A stretch of 64,000 bases of DNA, taken from positions 78,885 to 142,884 of the forward strand of contig JAFYJD010000006.1 in NCBI GenBank assembly GCA_017538255.1, in the 5' to 3' direction. The notes beneath the pieces were generated by a model that was not told the DNA's origin, searched no databases, and saw nothing but the letters and a program-made list of their open reading frames with translations. Position 1 is the first letter of the stretch; each line of letters begins with the position of its first letter. Shown here piece after piece: positions 1 to 8,092 of the stretch. The position numbers and the translations under genes were made by a program. Source of the DNA: Clostridia bacterium. Lineage in GTDB: Bacteria; Bacillota; Clostridia; Christensenellales; CAG-138.

Positions 1-2
1 TT

Positions 3-614
3 GAAAATACTCTTAAGATCATTTCGGAGTTGGAAGGCAGGCTTTGCGCCAATACGCCGTCCGACTCCGTTTTTTCTCGCAGCAGACCGTTTATCATCGC
101 AATCGACGGACGCTGTGCTTCCGGTAAAACGACGCTCGCCGCGCAACTTAAACGCGCGATCGAAGAAAGATTTTCTACACGTGTGAACCTGTTTCATATG
201 GACGATTTCTTTCTAAGACCCGAGCAGCGCACCGAAAAAAGATACGCGACCCCCGGCGAAAACGTCGACCACGAGCGGTTTTATTCCGAAGTGCTCGCGC
301 CGCTTTTGGATGACGCCGAGTTCTCCTACCGTCCCTTTGACTGCGAAAAAATGCGCCTTGCCGCGCCCGTAAATGTGAAGCCCGCGCCTGTCGCAATAAT
401 CGAAGGCTCGTACTCCTGCCACGATGCGCTGTATGAAAGTTATGGCTTGCGCGTGTTTTTGAGCGTTGAGCCAAATGTGCAGAAAAGGCGCATCCTTCTT
501 CGCAACGGGGAAGAAAAACTGCGCCAGTTTATTGAAAAATGGATACCTTATGAGGAAGCGTATTTTGATGCCTGCGCCGTAAAAGCACGGTGCGACATCA
601 TCCTTGACGGTTGA
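3..614 (+). CDS. Uridine kinase-family P-loop kinase, probably 5'-truncated by the window edge
   Basis: Walker A AIDGRCASGKTTLA in a udk-like ~200 aa protein. The frame stays open back to nt 3, so the TTG at 30 in the ORF track is not a supported start. Confidence 0.6.
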   Translation, partial: ENTLKIISELEGRLCANTPSDSVFSRSRPFIIAIDGRCASGKTTLAAQLKRAIEERFSTRVNLFHMDDFFLRPEQRTEKRYATPGENVDHERFYSEVLAPLLDDAEFSYRPFDCEKMRLAAPVNVKPAPVAIIEGSYSCHDALYESYGLRVFLSVEPNVQKRRILLRNGEEKLRQFIEKWIPYEEAYFDACAVKARCDIILDG

Positions 615-625
615 CCCGTGCTTTT

Positions 626-1711
626 TTATTTGCCCACAAGACTTGCTATATCGCTTATCGTGACTGCGATCATAAGACCGAACAGCAGCACAAGTCCTAT
701 GCCGTTTACAATACCCTCTATCTTGCGGTTGAGCGGCCGTCCTATTATTCCCTCGATGATGAGGAAAAGTATCCTGCCGCCGTCCAGCGCCGGAAAAGGG
801 ATAAGGTTGAAAATGCCGAGGCTGAGCGAGAGTATGACAGCGATATAGACGAGGCTGTCTATCCTTGCGCGCGCCTCCTTCGCCATTATGCCGACAGTAC
901 CGACAACGCCCGAAACATCGCCGCGCTTTATGCCGTTTTTGAACATACCGCCGATAGCCTGCCCCGTCATCTTTACGATCTCGACAAGGTATTCGCCCGC
1001 GCCCGTTATGCTCTGCCAAAAGTTATAGTGCTTCGTTCCTTCGACCGCGCCCGTTATCGTAACGCCGATAAGCGTGCGCTTTTCCTTTGCGTCGTAAGCG
1101 TCGGTAAAGTTGAGCGTCAGCATTTCGCCGTCGCGCTCAACATCGAGCGAAAACTCGCCGTCCGAAGCGCCTATTGCGCTTACGAACGCTTCGATAGTGC
1201 CGCTTTTGCCGTCGGCCTCGGGCACTTTGCCGTCAACGGCGACAAGGATATCACCGCTTTTGAGACCCGCGCGCTCGGCGGGGCTGTTTTCGCTCACCGT
1301 TTCGATCTTGGGTATCATCTCGCCCGTTTCGGGGTTTGTGGCATATACGGGCATCGGCGTTGCTATAAACAGTACGAATGCGATAAGATACGCCGCGAGT
1401 ATGTTCATAAACGGGCCTGCGAAGATGACGATAAGGCGTTTCCAAACGGGGTTCGCGTTAAAGCGGCGCGGATCGTTCTCCGCTTCCTCGTCCTCGCCGT
1501 CGAACTGGCAGGAGCCGCCGAAGGGGATCGCCCTAAAGGCGTACTCTGTATCCCCTTTTTTAAATTTGAATATCGCGGGACCAAAGCCGAGCGAGAAGCC
1601 GAGGATGCGGAATCCGAGCAGTTTCCCTGCGGTATAGTGCCCGAGTTCATGGATGAATATCAACAGTTCGAGCACGAGTATAGCGAGCAGCACATATAAA
1701 ACATTATTCAT
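626..1711 (-). CDS. rseP: RIP zinc metalloprotease RseP (M50 site-2 protease with PDZ segment)
   Basis: HELGHY zinc motif near the N-terminus and C-terminal NLIPFPALDGG motif. Last gene of the conserved uppS-cdsA-dxr-rseP run. Confidence 0.9.
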   Translation of the reverse strand: MNNVLYVLLAILVLELLIFIHELGHYTAGKLLGFRILGFSLGFGPAIFKFKKGDTEYAFRAIPFGGSCQFDGEDEEAENDPRRFNANPVWKRLIVIFAGPFMNILAAYLIAFVLFIATPMPVYATNPETGEMIPKIETVSENSPAERAGLKSGDILVAVDGKVPEADGKSGTIEAFVSAIGASDGEFSLDVERDGEMLTLNFTDAYDAKEKRTLIGVTITGAVEGTKHYNFWQSITGAGEYLVEIVKMTGQAIGGMFKNGIKRGDVSGVVGTVGIMAKEARARIDSLVYIAVILSLSLGIFNLIPFPALDGGRILFLIIEGIIGRPLNRKIEGIVNGIGLVLLFGLMIAVTISDIASLVGK

Positions 1712-1735
1712 GGTTTCTCCTGTTTGCGACGCGGC

Positions 1736-2875
1736 TTACGGAGCAAATTCCCCGGCCAGCACGCGCGCCTGTTTGTCGAGACAGAGTATGTCGTCGATGG
1801 TTTCGATTTTTCCTTTTGTTATCCTGCGCATCGCGTATTCCACACAGCGCGGGATGTCTGTAAACTTCATTTCGCCCGCGAGGAATCGCTCCACCGCGAC
1901 CTCGTTGGCGCAGTTATACGCGATCGGCAGGCTCTCCCCTTCCCGAAACGCTTCGTAGGCGAGATCCAGCGCGGGGAACTTGTTTCTGTCCGGCTCAAAG
2001 AACTCGAGCCCCGAAAGCATTGCGGGAGAAACGCCGCTGATATGCGAGAGCGTGCGCTCCGGGTATGTGAGCGCGTACTGTATCGCCAGACGCATATCGG
2101 GTCTTGCCAGCTGCGCTACGACAGCGCCGTCCGTGTATTCGACCATTGAATGCACTATCGACTGCGGATGGATGAATACGCGCACGCTGTCCGGTTCAAA
2201 GCCGAAAAGCCACCCCGCCTCCATCACCTCGAGCCCCTTGTTGAAGAGCGATGAGGAATCGACGGTGATTTTTTTGCCCATATTCCACGTAGGGTGCGCA
2301 AGGGTCATCTCGGGCGTGACGGTTTCGAGTTGTTCGCGCGTAAAATCGCGGAACATCCCGCCGGAAGCGGTCAGGATAAGACTTTTTACGTCCTCTTTTC
2401 TGCCCGCCGTAAGACATTGAAAGATGGCGCTCTGCTCGCTGTCTACCGGCAATATGCTTCCGCCGCTTTCTTTAAGCGCACGATCGACGAGTTTATGCGC
2501 ACAAACGATGCTTTCTTTATTTGCGAGCGCGACCCTTTTGCCGCTTTCGAGTGCGGACATCAGCGGAAACAGACCCGCAAAGCCGCTGACGCCGTTTACG
2601 ACCGTGTCTATCCCGTCAAGGGCGCAGAGCGCGTTCACTTCCCCGCCCGCAACTATGTTGACGTGCGGAAAGCGTGATTTTATCGTCTGTGCCGCCGCTT
2701 CGTCGTACATTCCGACATAATCGGGGACAAACTCCTCGATCTGTTTTGAAACGAGTTCCACGTTGCTTCTTGCGGCGATAACGCTCACCTTAAAGCGGTC
2801 GCTGTGAAGCGCCGCAACGGAGAGCGCCTGCCGTCCTATCGAGCCTGTGGAGCCGAAAACCGCGAGTTTTTGCAT
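1736..2875 (-). CDS. dxr: 1-deoxy-D-xylulose-5-phosphate reductoisomerase
   Basis: N-terminal FGSTGSIGRQAL NADPH-binding motif, 379 aa, conserved position between cdsA and rseP. Confidence 0.95.
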   Translation of the reverse strand: MQKLAVFGSTGSIGRQALSVAALHSDRFKVSVIAARSNVELVSKQIEEFVPDYVGMYDEAAAQTIKSRFPHVNIVAGGEVNALCALDGIDTVVNGVSGFAGLFPLMSALESGKRVALANKESIVCAHKLVDRALKESGGSILPVDSEQSAIFQCLTAGRKEDVKSLILTASGGMFRDFTREQLETVTPEMTLAHPTWNMGKKITVDSSSLFNKGLEVMEAGWLFGFEPDSVRVFIHPQSIVHSMVEYTDGAVVAQLARPDMRLAIQYALTYPERTLSHISGVSPAMLSGLEFFEPDRNKFPALDLAYEAFREGESLPIAYNCANEVAVERFLAGEMKFTDIPRCVEYAMRRITKGKIETIDDILCLDKQARVLAGEFAP

Positions 2876-2896
2876 AAGACCGTACCTCTCGCCGTC

Positions 2897-3703
2897 TTAC
2901 TTGAATAAGATGCGAAATGCGAGCACCACGAACGGTACGGCGAACATCGCGCTGTCGAGCCTGTCGATGATGCCGCCGTGTCCCGGGAATATCTTTCCGA
3001 AATCCTTGACGCCCGCCCAGCGTTTGAACGACGATGCGAACAGGTCTCCGAGTTGACCCACCAGCCCCGCGAAAAAGCATATCGCAATCAGCGGCCAAAG
3101 AGGAAGTTCGAGCCCCCAGAGCCTTTGCATAAAGTACGGGATGAGCCCGCCTACAGCGCCGCCGATGAGACCCGCTACCGCGCCCTCGACGCTCTTTTTG
3201 GGGCTGATGCTCGGGCAAAGTTTATGCTTGCCGATGAGCGAGCCGATCATATAAGCGGTATTGTCCGCCATTGCGACGCCCGCGAAAACGGACAAAAACG
3301 CGATACGTGAAACATCGCCCTCAAAGCCGATGAAGCCAAAGCAGCTCATAAGCGCCGTGGGGTACAAAAGCAAGAATACCGCTGCGATCAGATCGTCGTT
3401 CGTCCGGGATTTGTTGATCACCCTTTCAAATGCGATCGCGGCGAATGCTATGCAGCATTCAAGCAGCATCCATTCCTTGCCGAAAAAGAGCAGTACAAAG
3501 AACAGCGACGCCGCCAGCGCGACCGTCGGCACAATAAAGGGTTTTGTTCCCTTTTGACGGAACACCGCGTTGATTTCTAAAACGGCAATAGCGGCAAAAA
3601 GACCGAGCACAGCCGCCTGCACGATCCCGCCGAGCCATATAACAAGCGTCAGCAGGCTGATAAGCACGATCGCAACCAGCGTGCGTATCGGTAAGTCCTT
3701 CAT
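2897..3703 (-). CDS. cdsA: Phosphatidate cytidylyltransferase
   Basis: Polytopic membrane protein with the C-terminal signature SFKRWAGVKDFGKIFPGHGGIIDRLD. GGGGGAA RBS before ATG 3703. Confidence 0.9.
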   Translation of the reverse strand: MKDLPIRTLVAIVLISLLTLVIWLGGIVQAAVLGLFAAIAVLEINAVFRQKGTKPFIVPTVALAASLFFVLLFFGKEWMLLECCIAFAAIAFERVINKSRTNDDLIAAVFLLLYPTALMSCFGFIGFEGDVSRIAFLSVFAGVAMADNTAYMIGSLIGKHKLCPSISPKKSVEGAVAGLIGGAVGGLIPYFMQRLWGLELPLWPLIAICFFAGLVGQLGDLFASSFKRWAGVKDFGKIFPGHGGIIDRLDSAMFAVPFVVLAFRILFK

Positions 3704-3776
3704 AGTATTTTCCCCCGTTAAAGGCGCCTTATCCTTTGACGCCTCAAGATAGCGGCGGTCCGAAAGCCGCCGAGCC

Positions 3777-4526
3777 TCAAAGCGCCCTGCCGAAACGGCG
3801 GGTGCGCAGAGCGTATTCCTTTAAGCAGGCGCAGTACGCGTTGCTGTCAAAATCGGGAAACAGTGTATCCGTAAAGCAAAACTCCGAATACGCCGCCTGA
3901 TACAGAAGGAAGTTTGACAGCCGCTTTTCGCCCGCGGTGCGGATAATCAGATCGACCTCCGGAAGCCCCGAAGTATAGAGCCTATCCGATATCGCAGCTT
4001 CGTCTATCTCGTCTGCCGGAACGCCTTCCTCGACAAGTTTTTTTGCGGCGTTGACGATCTCCGCCCTGCCGCCGTAGTTGAGCGCAACATTGAACATAAG
4101 CCCATGGTTGTTCTTCGTTCTTTCTACGGCGTTATCCATAAGTTCGCGGAGTTTTGGCGAAAACGCGCTCGTATCGCCAAGCATCCTGATGCGAACGCCG
4201 TTAAGGTCGAGTTCTTCTATCTCTTTGTGAAAATATTCAACGAGCAAAGAAAACAGAGCGTCGATCTCGAGTTTGGGCCTTCGCCAGTTCTCTGTGGAAA
4301 ACGCATAGACTGTCAGCGCCTCAATGCCCGCGGAATGTGAAAAACGCACGACGCCGCGCAGGGCTTCCATACCCGCGCGGTGACCTGCGCTGCGCGGGAG
4401 CAGGCGTTTTTTTGCCCAACGCCCGTTCCCGTCCATTATGATACCGATATGCTTTGGAAGCGCGCCCCTTTCAAGCGAAAGGGCTTTGAGCTCCGCATCG
4501 GTGTATTTAGGATAGATCGTTGCCAT
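3777..4526 (-). CDS. uppS: Isoprenyl transferase (undecaprenyl diphosphate synthase)
   Basis: GIIMDGNGRWAKKR and IRTAGEKRLSNFLLYQ motifs, 249 aa. Confidence 0.95.
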   Translation of the reverse strand: MATIYPKYTDAELKALSLERGALPKHIGIIMDGNGRWAKKRLLPRSAGHRAGMEALRGVVRFSHSAGIEALTVYAFSTENWRRPKLEIDALFSLLVEYFHKEIEELDLNGVRIRMLGDTSAFSPKLRELMDNAVERTKNNHGLMFNVALNYGGRAEIVNAAKKLVEEGVPADEIDEAAISDRLYTSGLPEVDLIIRTAGEKRLSNFLLYQAAYSEFCFTDTLFPDFDSNAYCACLKEYALRTRRFGRAL

Positions 4527-4529
4527 AAA

Positions 4530-4754
4530 CTAATTCTTCGGAGCGTTTGAGCCGCCCTCCGTTTCGGTTTTGAACTCCGCATAAACGAGCCTTACAAGCG
4601 GCTTTTCGCCCTGTATTTCGATCGCGCGAACAACGCGCCTTGAATCGGGTGACTCAACGCCTTTGAGCGAACGCGTTTCGACGGTTTCGACCGCATAACC
4701 CGCCGCTTCGAGTCTTGAAACGGCGATATCAAGCGGCAGACCGAGCACATTCAT
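4530..4754 (-). CDS. Small hypothetical protein (74 aa), PASTA-like alpha/beta sequence pattern
   Basis: The ATG shares one base with the frr stop (TGATG) and the ORF ends 3 nt before the uppS start. LGLPLDIAVSRLEAAGYAVETVE resembles a PASTA-type unit. Domain call is tentative. Confidence 0.45.
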   Translation of the reverse strand: MNVLGLPLDIAVSRLEAAGYAVETVETRSLKGVESPDSRRVVRAIEIQGEKPLVRLVYAEFKTETEGGSNAPKN

Positions 4755-5305
4755 CAAACCGACAGCAGCTCCTTTTCCTTTTCGCCCGCGATACGGTCGA
4801 TCTCTTTGATCGCGTTATCGGTGGCTTTTTGGATCTGGTCTTCCATACGCTTCTGATCGTCCTCGGTGATCGTGCCGTCCTTGCAGTCCTTTTTGATCGT
4901 TTCGTTGGCGTCGCGGCGGATCGAACGGATCGCAACCTTGCTGTCCTCCGCTTTTTTGCGGACGAGTTTAACAAGTTCCTTACGCCTTTCCTCGGTCAAC
5001 TCGGGGAAAACGAGGCGGATGAGCTTGCCGTCGTTTGAGGGATTGATGCCGAGATCGGATTTTTGGATCGCCTTTTCGACGGCGGGGATCATCGACGCAT
5101 CCCAGAGCGAGATAACAAGAAGCCTCGGCTCGGGCGAACTGATCGTGCCGACCTGATTCACGGGCGTGGGCGTGCCGTAATAATCGACCATTATCCTGTC
5201 GAGGAGTTTGGGATTGGCGCGGCCCGCGCGAAGGGTGCCGAGTTCGCCGTTCAAAACCGCAATGGTTTTATTCATTTTGTCCTGTGCAAGTTCAATGGTA
5301 TCCAT
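4754..5305 (-). CDS. frr: Ribosome recycling factor
   Basis: [27 protein letters not shown] and the rest is typical RRF. Start moved from 5374 to ATG 5305, which has an AGGAGGT RBS 6 nt upstream; this gives 183 aa. Confidence 0.95.
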   Translation of the reverse strand: MDTIELAQDKMNKTIAVLNGELGTLRAGRANPKLLDRIMVDYYGTPTPVNQVGTISSPEPRLLVISLWDASMIPAVEKAIQKSDLGINPSNDGKLIRLVFPELTEERRKELVKLVRKKAEDSKVAIRSIRRDANETIKKDCKDGTITEDDQKRMEDQIQKATDNAIKEIDRIAGEKEKELLSV

Positions 5306-5339
5306 TTTGTACCTCCTTCGGTGAAGTATTAACTGTATT

Positions 5340-5368
5340 ATTTTAATGTAGAAGCGCGGTTTTGTCAA
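5340..5368 (-). promoter_or_regulatory. Sigma-A-type promoter for frr
   Basis: Minus strand TTGACA (5368..5363), 17-nt spacer, TAAAAT (5345..5340), about 35 nt upstream of the frr ATG. Confidence 0.6.
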
Positions 5369-5454
5369 TATCACCCCGCCGCTTTACATCATTCCGCACA
5401 TATAACGAAGTTGCGGCGGTTTCGGTTGCATTTTCTTAAATAACCGCCCTCGAC

Positions 5455-5886
5455 TCATTCGCCGGGTTTTTCGCATTCCGCGCCGCAGGTCGCGCAGTTG
5501 ATCTCACCGCAATCGCAGCCGTGCCCGTGTTCATCGTGGTGCTCGTGCCCCGCCTCATAGAGTTTGAGCGAGTAGCCGCGTATGCTGCCGACCGATGCGC
5601 CGGGCGCTCTTACGGTATGCGCAAACTTATACCGCTGACCCGATTTCAGTTCCGCAACGAGCGGGCCGTCCCCGGCCGCGTTGACGCAGCCCGGATCGCA
5701 TAGCAGCCTTACTCCCACGCGTTCGCCGTTTTCTTCGATATAGTCGATAAACGCCATATCGCCCAGCATTTCCGCATTTTCGGGGTTGATGCAGAAATAG
5801 TTTTCCTTCGGTTCACCGAGCCCGTTTTCGCCTTGTGAAGCGGCGTACTCTTTGACGCCGACAAATAAAACAAACGCTCTTTCCAT
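5455..5886 (-). CDS. Hypothetical protein with His/Cys-rich C-terminal tail (putative metal-binding)
   Basis: 143 aa ending GHEHHDEHGHGCDCGEINCATCGAECEKPGE. Its start abuts the stop of the upstream YcaQ-like gene with a 0-nt gap. No family recognised. Confidence 0.5.
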   Translation of the reverse strand: MERAFVLFVGVKEYAASQGENGLGEPKENYFCINPENAEMLGDMAFIDYIEENGERVGVRLLCDPGCVNAAGDGPLVAELKSGQRYKFAHTVRAPGASVGSIRGYSLKLYEAGHEHHDEHGHGCDCGEINCATCGAECEKPGE

Positions 5887-7176
5887 TTAATTATCCACCT
5901 CTAATTGCTTTAGTGAAAGCAAAGCTTCCGCGCTGTATTCCGTTTCGGAGCAGCCGTTGAAGCGCGCAAGCCGCTCGCAGGCATCCGAAACCGCCGAAAC
6001 AAGCGCCGCATCACCCCGATAGCCGTTCTCAAACCAGATATTTTTGACGGTCAAGCGTTTATTTCTGCCGTCCGAGGAAACTTCGATCCTACCGGCAAAC
6101 ACGTCCGCATAGATCTTCGGCAGTACGTAATACCCATACTTTCTTTTTTCCGCAGGAACATAGACCTCCCAACGGTATCTGAAGCCGAACACGGTCTCGA
6201 TAAGACCGCGATCCCACATCATTGGATCAAGCGGCGCAATGAACTCGCAGCGCTTTTTTCGGCGTTTGGTTATTTTTGCTTCTTCAAGAAGCGGGATATC
6301 CTCCGACTTAATATAAAGCGCGGCGAGTATCTCCGAAACGGAGATCGGGATTATGAGTCCCTCCTCCTCGAGTTCCGAAAACGCCTGTTTTCTAAGCGCG
6401 GTATTCATTCCCCAAATGCCGAGCAGCGCATCTGATCTGCGATCCCACAGAACGCCTACCGCACCGATGCGGCGGATAAGGCACCATTTGATATGATCGA
6501 TGAGTTCCACGTTCGGATCGGGTGCATTCAGTATCTCGGAAGGGATATGTTTTTCGGCAAGGTCGTAAAACTTGCGCGTGCCTTCCTTATGGTGGATAAC
6601 GAGCCGTCCGTCCGTATACATCTGCTCGAGGACGGAGCGCGCCGCATTGGTTTTGCCATGCCAATTTCCGCTCCAATGGACCGCGGAGTTCCACCTTATC
6701 TCCCCTTCGATCGGGAGCGTGGCGGAGTTTACCGGCCCGTTTTTTTCGATATAATGGCGCGCCTTTTCGGCAAGTTCGTCGATGCCGTCGAATTTGGAGG
6801 CGTTTTGCGCCGCAGCCGTTTTTTGTCTTGAGAAGTAAGGAAAAGCCTCAACGGGAATTATGGAGAGTTCCTTATCCGGATAGTCTATAAGCACTCGATC
6901 CTTATAGAGCAGATCGTAAAGATCCTGTTTTTTGAATCCTTTTACCCTTGATTGCAGCGTCAGTTCGGCATTTCTGCCGCAACTATTTATCGGATCGAAC
7001 TGTATGCAGCCCGCCTGCCTTACATAATCGAGCGCGCCACGCTTGCCCGAAAACCTGTGAGCGCCCAAAAGCCCTTGTTTAAGCAGGATAAAGCGGCGAA
7101 GTTCGATCAAAGAAACGGCTGTTTTTGCCCCGCCGTCATTCTTACGCAAGTTCAAACCCTTCCAGCGCGTCAACAA
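5887..7176 (-). CDS. YcaQ/AlkZ-family (HTH_42, DUF1006) winged-helix DNA glycosylase-like protein
   Basis: C-terminal APLDPMMWDRGLIETVFGFRYRWEVYVPAEKRKYGYYVLP closely parallels E. coli YcaQ (SPFDPVVWDR...YRLECYTPAPKRQYGYFVLP). N-terminal IQFDPIN carries a Q-hydrophobic-D motif like YcaQ. The start is uncertain: TTG codons at 7176, 7149 and 7110. The longest form overlaps the pyrH 3' end by 35 nt. Confidence 0.8.
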   Translation of the reverse strand: MLTRWKGLNLRKNDGGAKTAVSLIELRRFILLKQGLLGAHRFSGKRGALDYVRQAGCIQFDPINSCGRNAELTLQSRVKGFKKQDLYDLLYKDRVLIDYPDKELSIIPVEAFPYFSRQKTAAAQNASKFDGIDELAEKARHYIEKNGPVNSATLPIEGEIRWNSAVHWSGNWHGKTNAARSVLEQMYTDGRLVIHHKEGTRKFYDLAEKHIPSEILNAPDPNVELIDHIKWCLIRRIGAVGVLWDRRSDALLGIWGMNTALRKQAFSELEEEGLIIPISVSEILAALYIKSEDIPLLEEAKITKRRKKRCEFIAPLDPMMWDRGLIETVFGFRYRWEVYVPAEKRKYGYYVLPKIYADVFAGRIEVSSDGRNKRLTVKNIWFENGYRGDAALVSAVSDACERLARFNGCSETEYSAEALLSLKQLEVDN

Positions 7177-7858
7177 CGGTGCCTGCGTTCACACCGTCCG
7201 CCGCCTTTATGAAGTTCTCGCTCGAGCGCATATCGAAGCATACGATCGGGATCGAGTACTCGCGGCAGAAACTGATCGCGGTAAGGTCGGTCGCTTTGAG
7301 GTTGCGGGTTATCACCTCGTCATAACTTATGCGCATATAGCGCTTTGCGGAGGGATCCTTATTCGGATCGGCGGTGTATATGCCGTCAACGTTCTTTGCA
7401 AGCAGCAGCGCGTCCGCGTGTATCTGCGCGGCTCTCAACGCCGCTGCGGTATCGGTCGAGAAGAACGGGCAGCCCGTGCCGCAGGCAAAGATGACTACCG
7501 TGCCCTCGTCTATAGATTTATTCGCCTCGCGCGCGGAATAGGTATCGGCAAACATTTCCATAGATACAGCCGAAAGCACGCGCACGGGAACGCCTACATC
7601 GATAAGCGCCTGCTCGAGCGCGAGCGCGTTTGCGGCCGTTGCTAGCATGCCGATGTTGTCGGCGCGGTTTCGTTCCATATCGCCGCCCGATCTGCCGCGC
7701 CAGATATTGCCGCCGCCTACGACCACGCCGAGTTTACAGCCGTGATCGTGCAGGGCTTTGATATGTGCAGCCGCGTTCGACACATTGTCAAAATCGATCG
7801 GTGTCCTACCGCCGAGCACCTCGCCGCTGACCTTTAAAAGAATGCGTTCGTATTTCAT
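7142..7858 (-). CDS. pyrH: UMP kinase
   Basis: LLKVSGEVLGG and VVVGGGNIWRG motifs, 238 aa. Confidence 0.95.
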   Translation of the reverse strand: MKYERILLKVSGEVLGGRTPIDFDNVSNAAAHIKALHDHGCKLGVVVGGGNIWRGRSGGDMERNRADNIGMLATAANALALEQALIDVGVPVRVLSAVSMEMFADTYSAREANKSIDEGTVVIFACGTGCPFFSTDTAAALRAAQIHADALLLAKNVDGIYTADPNKDPSAKRYMRISYDEVITRNLKATDLTAISFCREYSIPIVCFDMRSSENFIKAADGVNAGTVVDALEGFELA

Positions 7859-8040
7859 ATCGACCTCCGTTTGTTTATCGCGGCGCGATGCGCGCGCCGC
7901 CGAGTTTACATAACGTATCTATTATAAATGAATCGGTCTTAAAATGGAATAGATTTATAAAAACTTATCGTAAAGTTGAATCTTCTCCCGCTAAAAACCC
8001 AAAAAATCCGCGCCGAACTGTTCTCTTTGGGAAAAAAATA

Positions 8041-8049
8041 TGTTATAAT
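8041..8049 (+). promoter_or_regulatory. Extended -10 element (TGtTATAAT) upstream of rnfC
   Basis: TGTTATAAT lies 44 nt before TTG 8093. No good -35 box. Confidence 0.35.
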
Positions 8050-8092
8050 GATATTTAATGCAAACATTATTTCAAGGAAGGAAGGCGACGGT

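Noticed and set aside
611-1699. 362-aa plus-strand ORF antisense to rseP, and similar long antisense ORFs: 9628..10575(-), 16965..18140(+), 19178..20410(-), 20377..21393(-), 35370..36221(-), 36169..37089(-), 37334..38353(-), 43073..43921(+), 62165..63019(-)
   Set aside because: Each lies fully opposite a gene with unmistakable conserved motifs. Their products are Arg/Gly/His/Ala-rich low-complexity sequences with no motifs or RBS. They are typical shadow ORFs of GC-rich coding DNA.
7976-8092. Longer N-terminal extensions given by the ORF track: rnfC at 7976, frr at 5374, lepA at 58158, ilvE at 48554, glyQS at 18119, the FAD gene at 27965, DUF2461 at 36193, the Ntn-like gene at 41787, the exonuclease-like gene at 22412
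   Set aside because: In each case an internal start with a good Shine-Dalgarno sequence gives the N-terminus typical of the family. The extensions overlap promoters or upstream genes.
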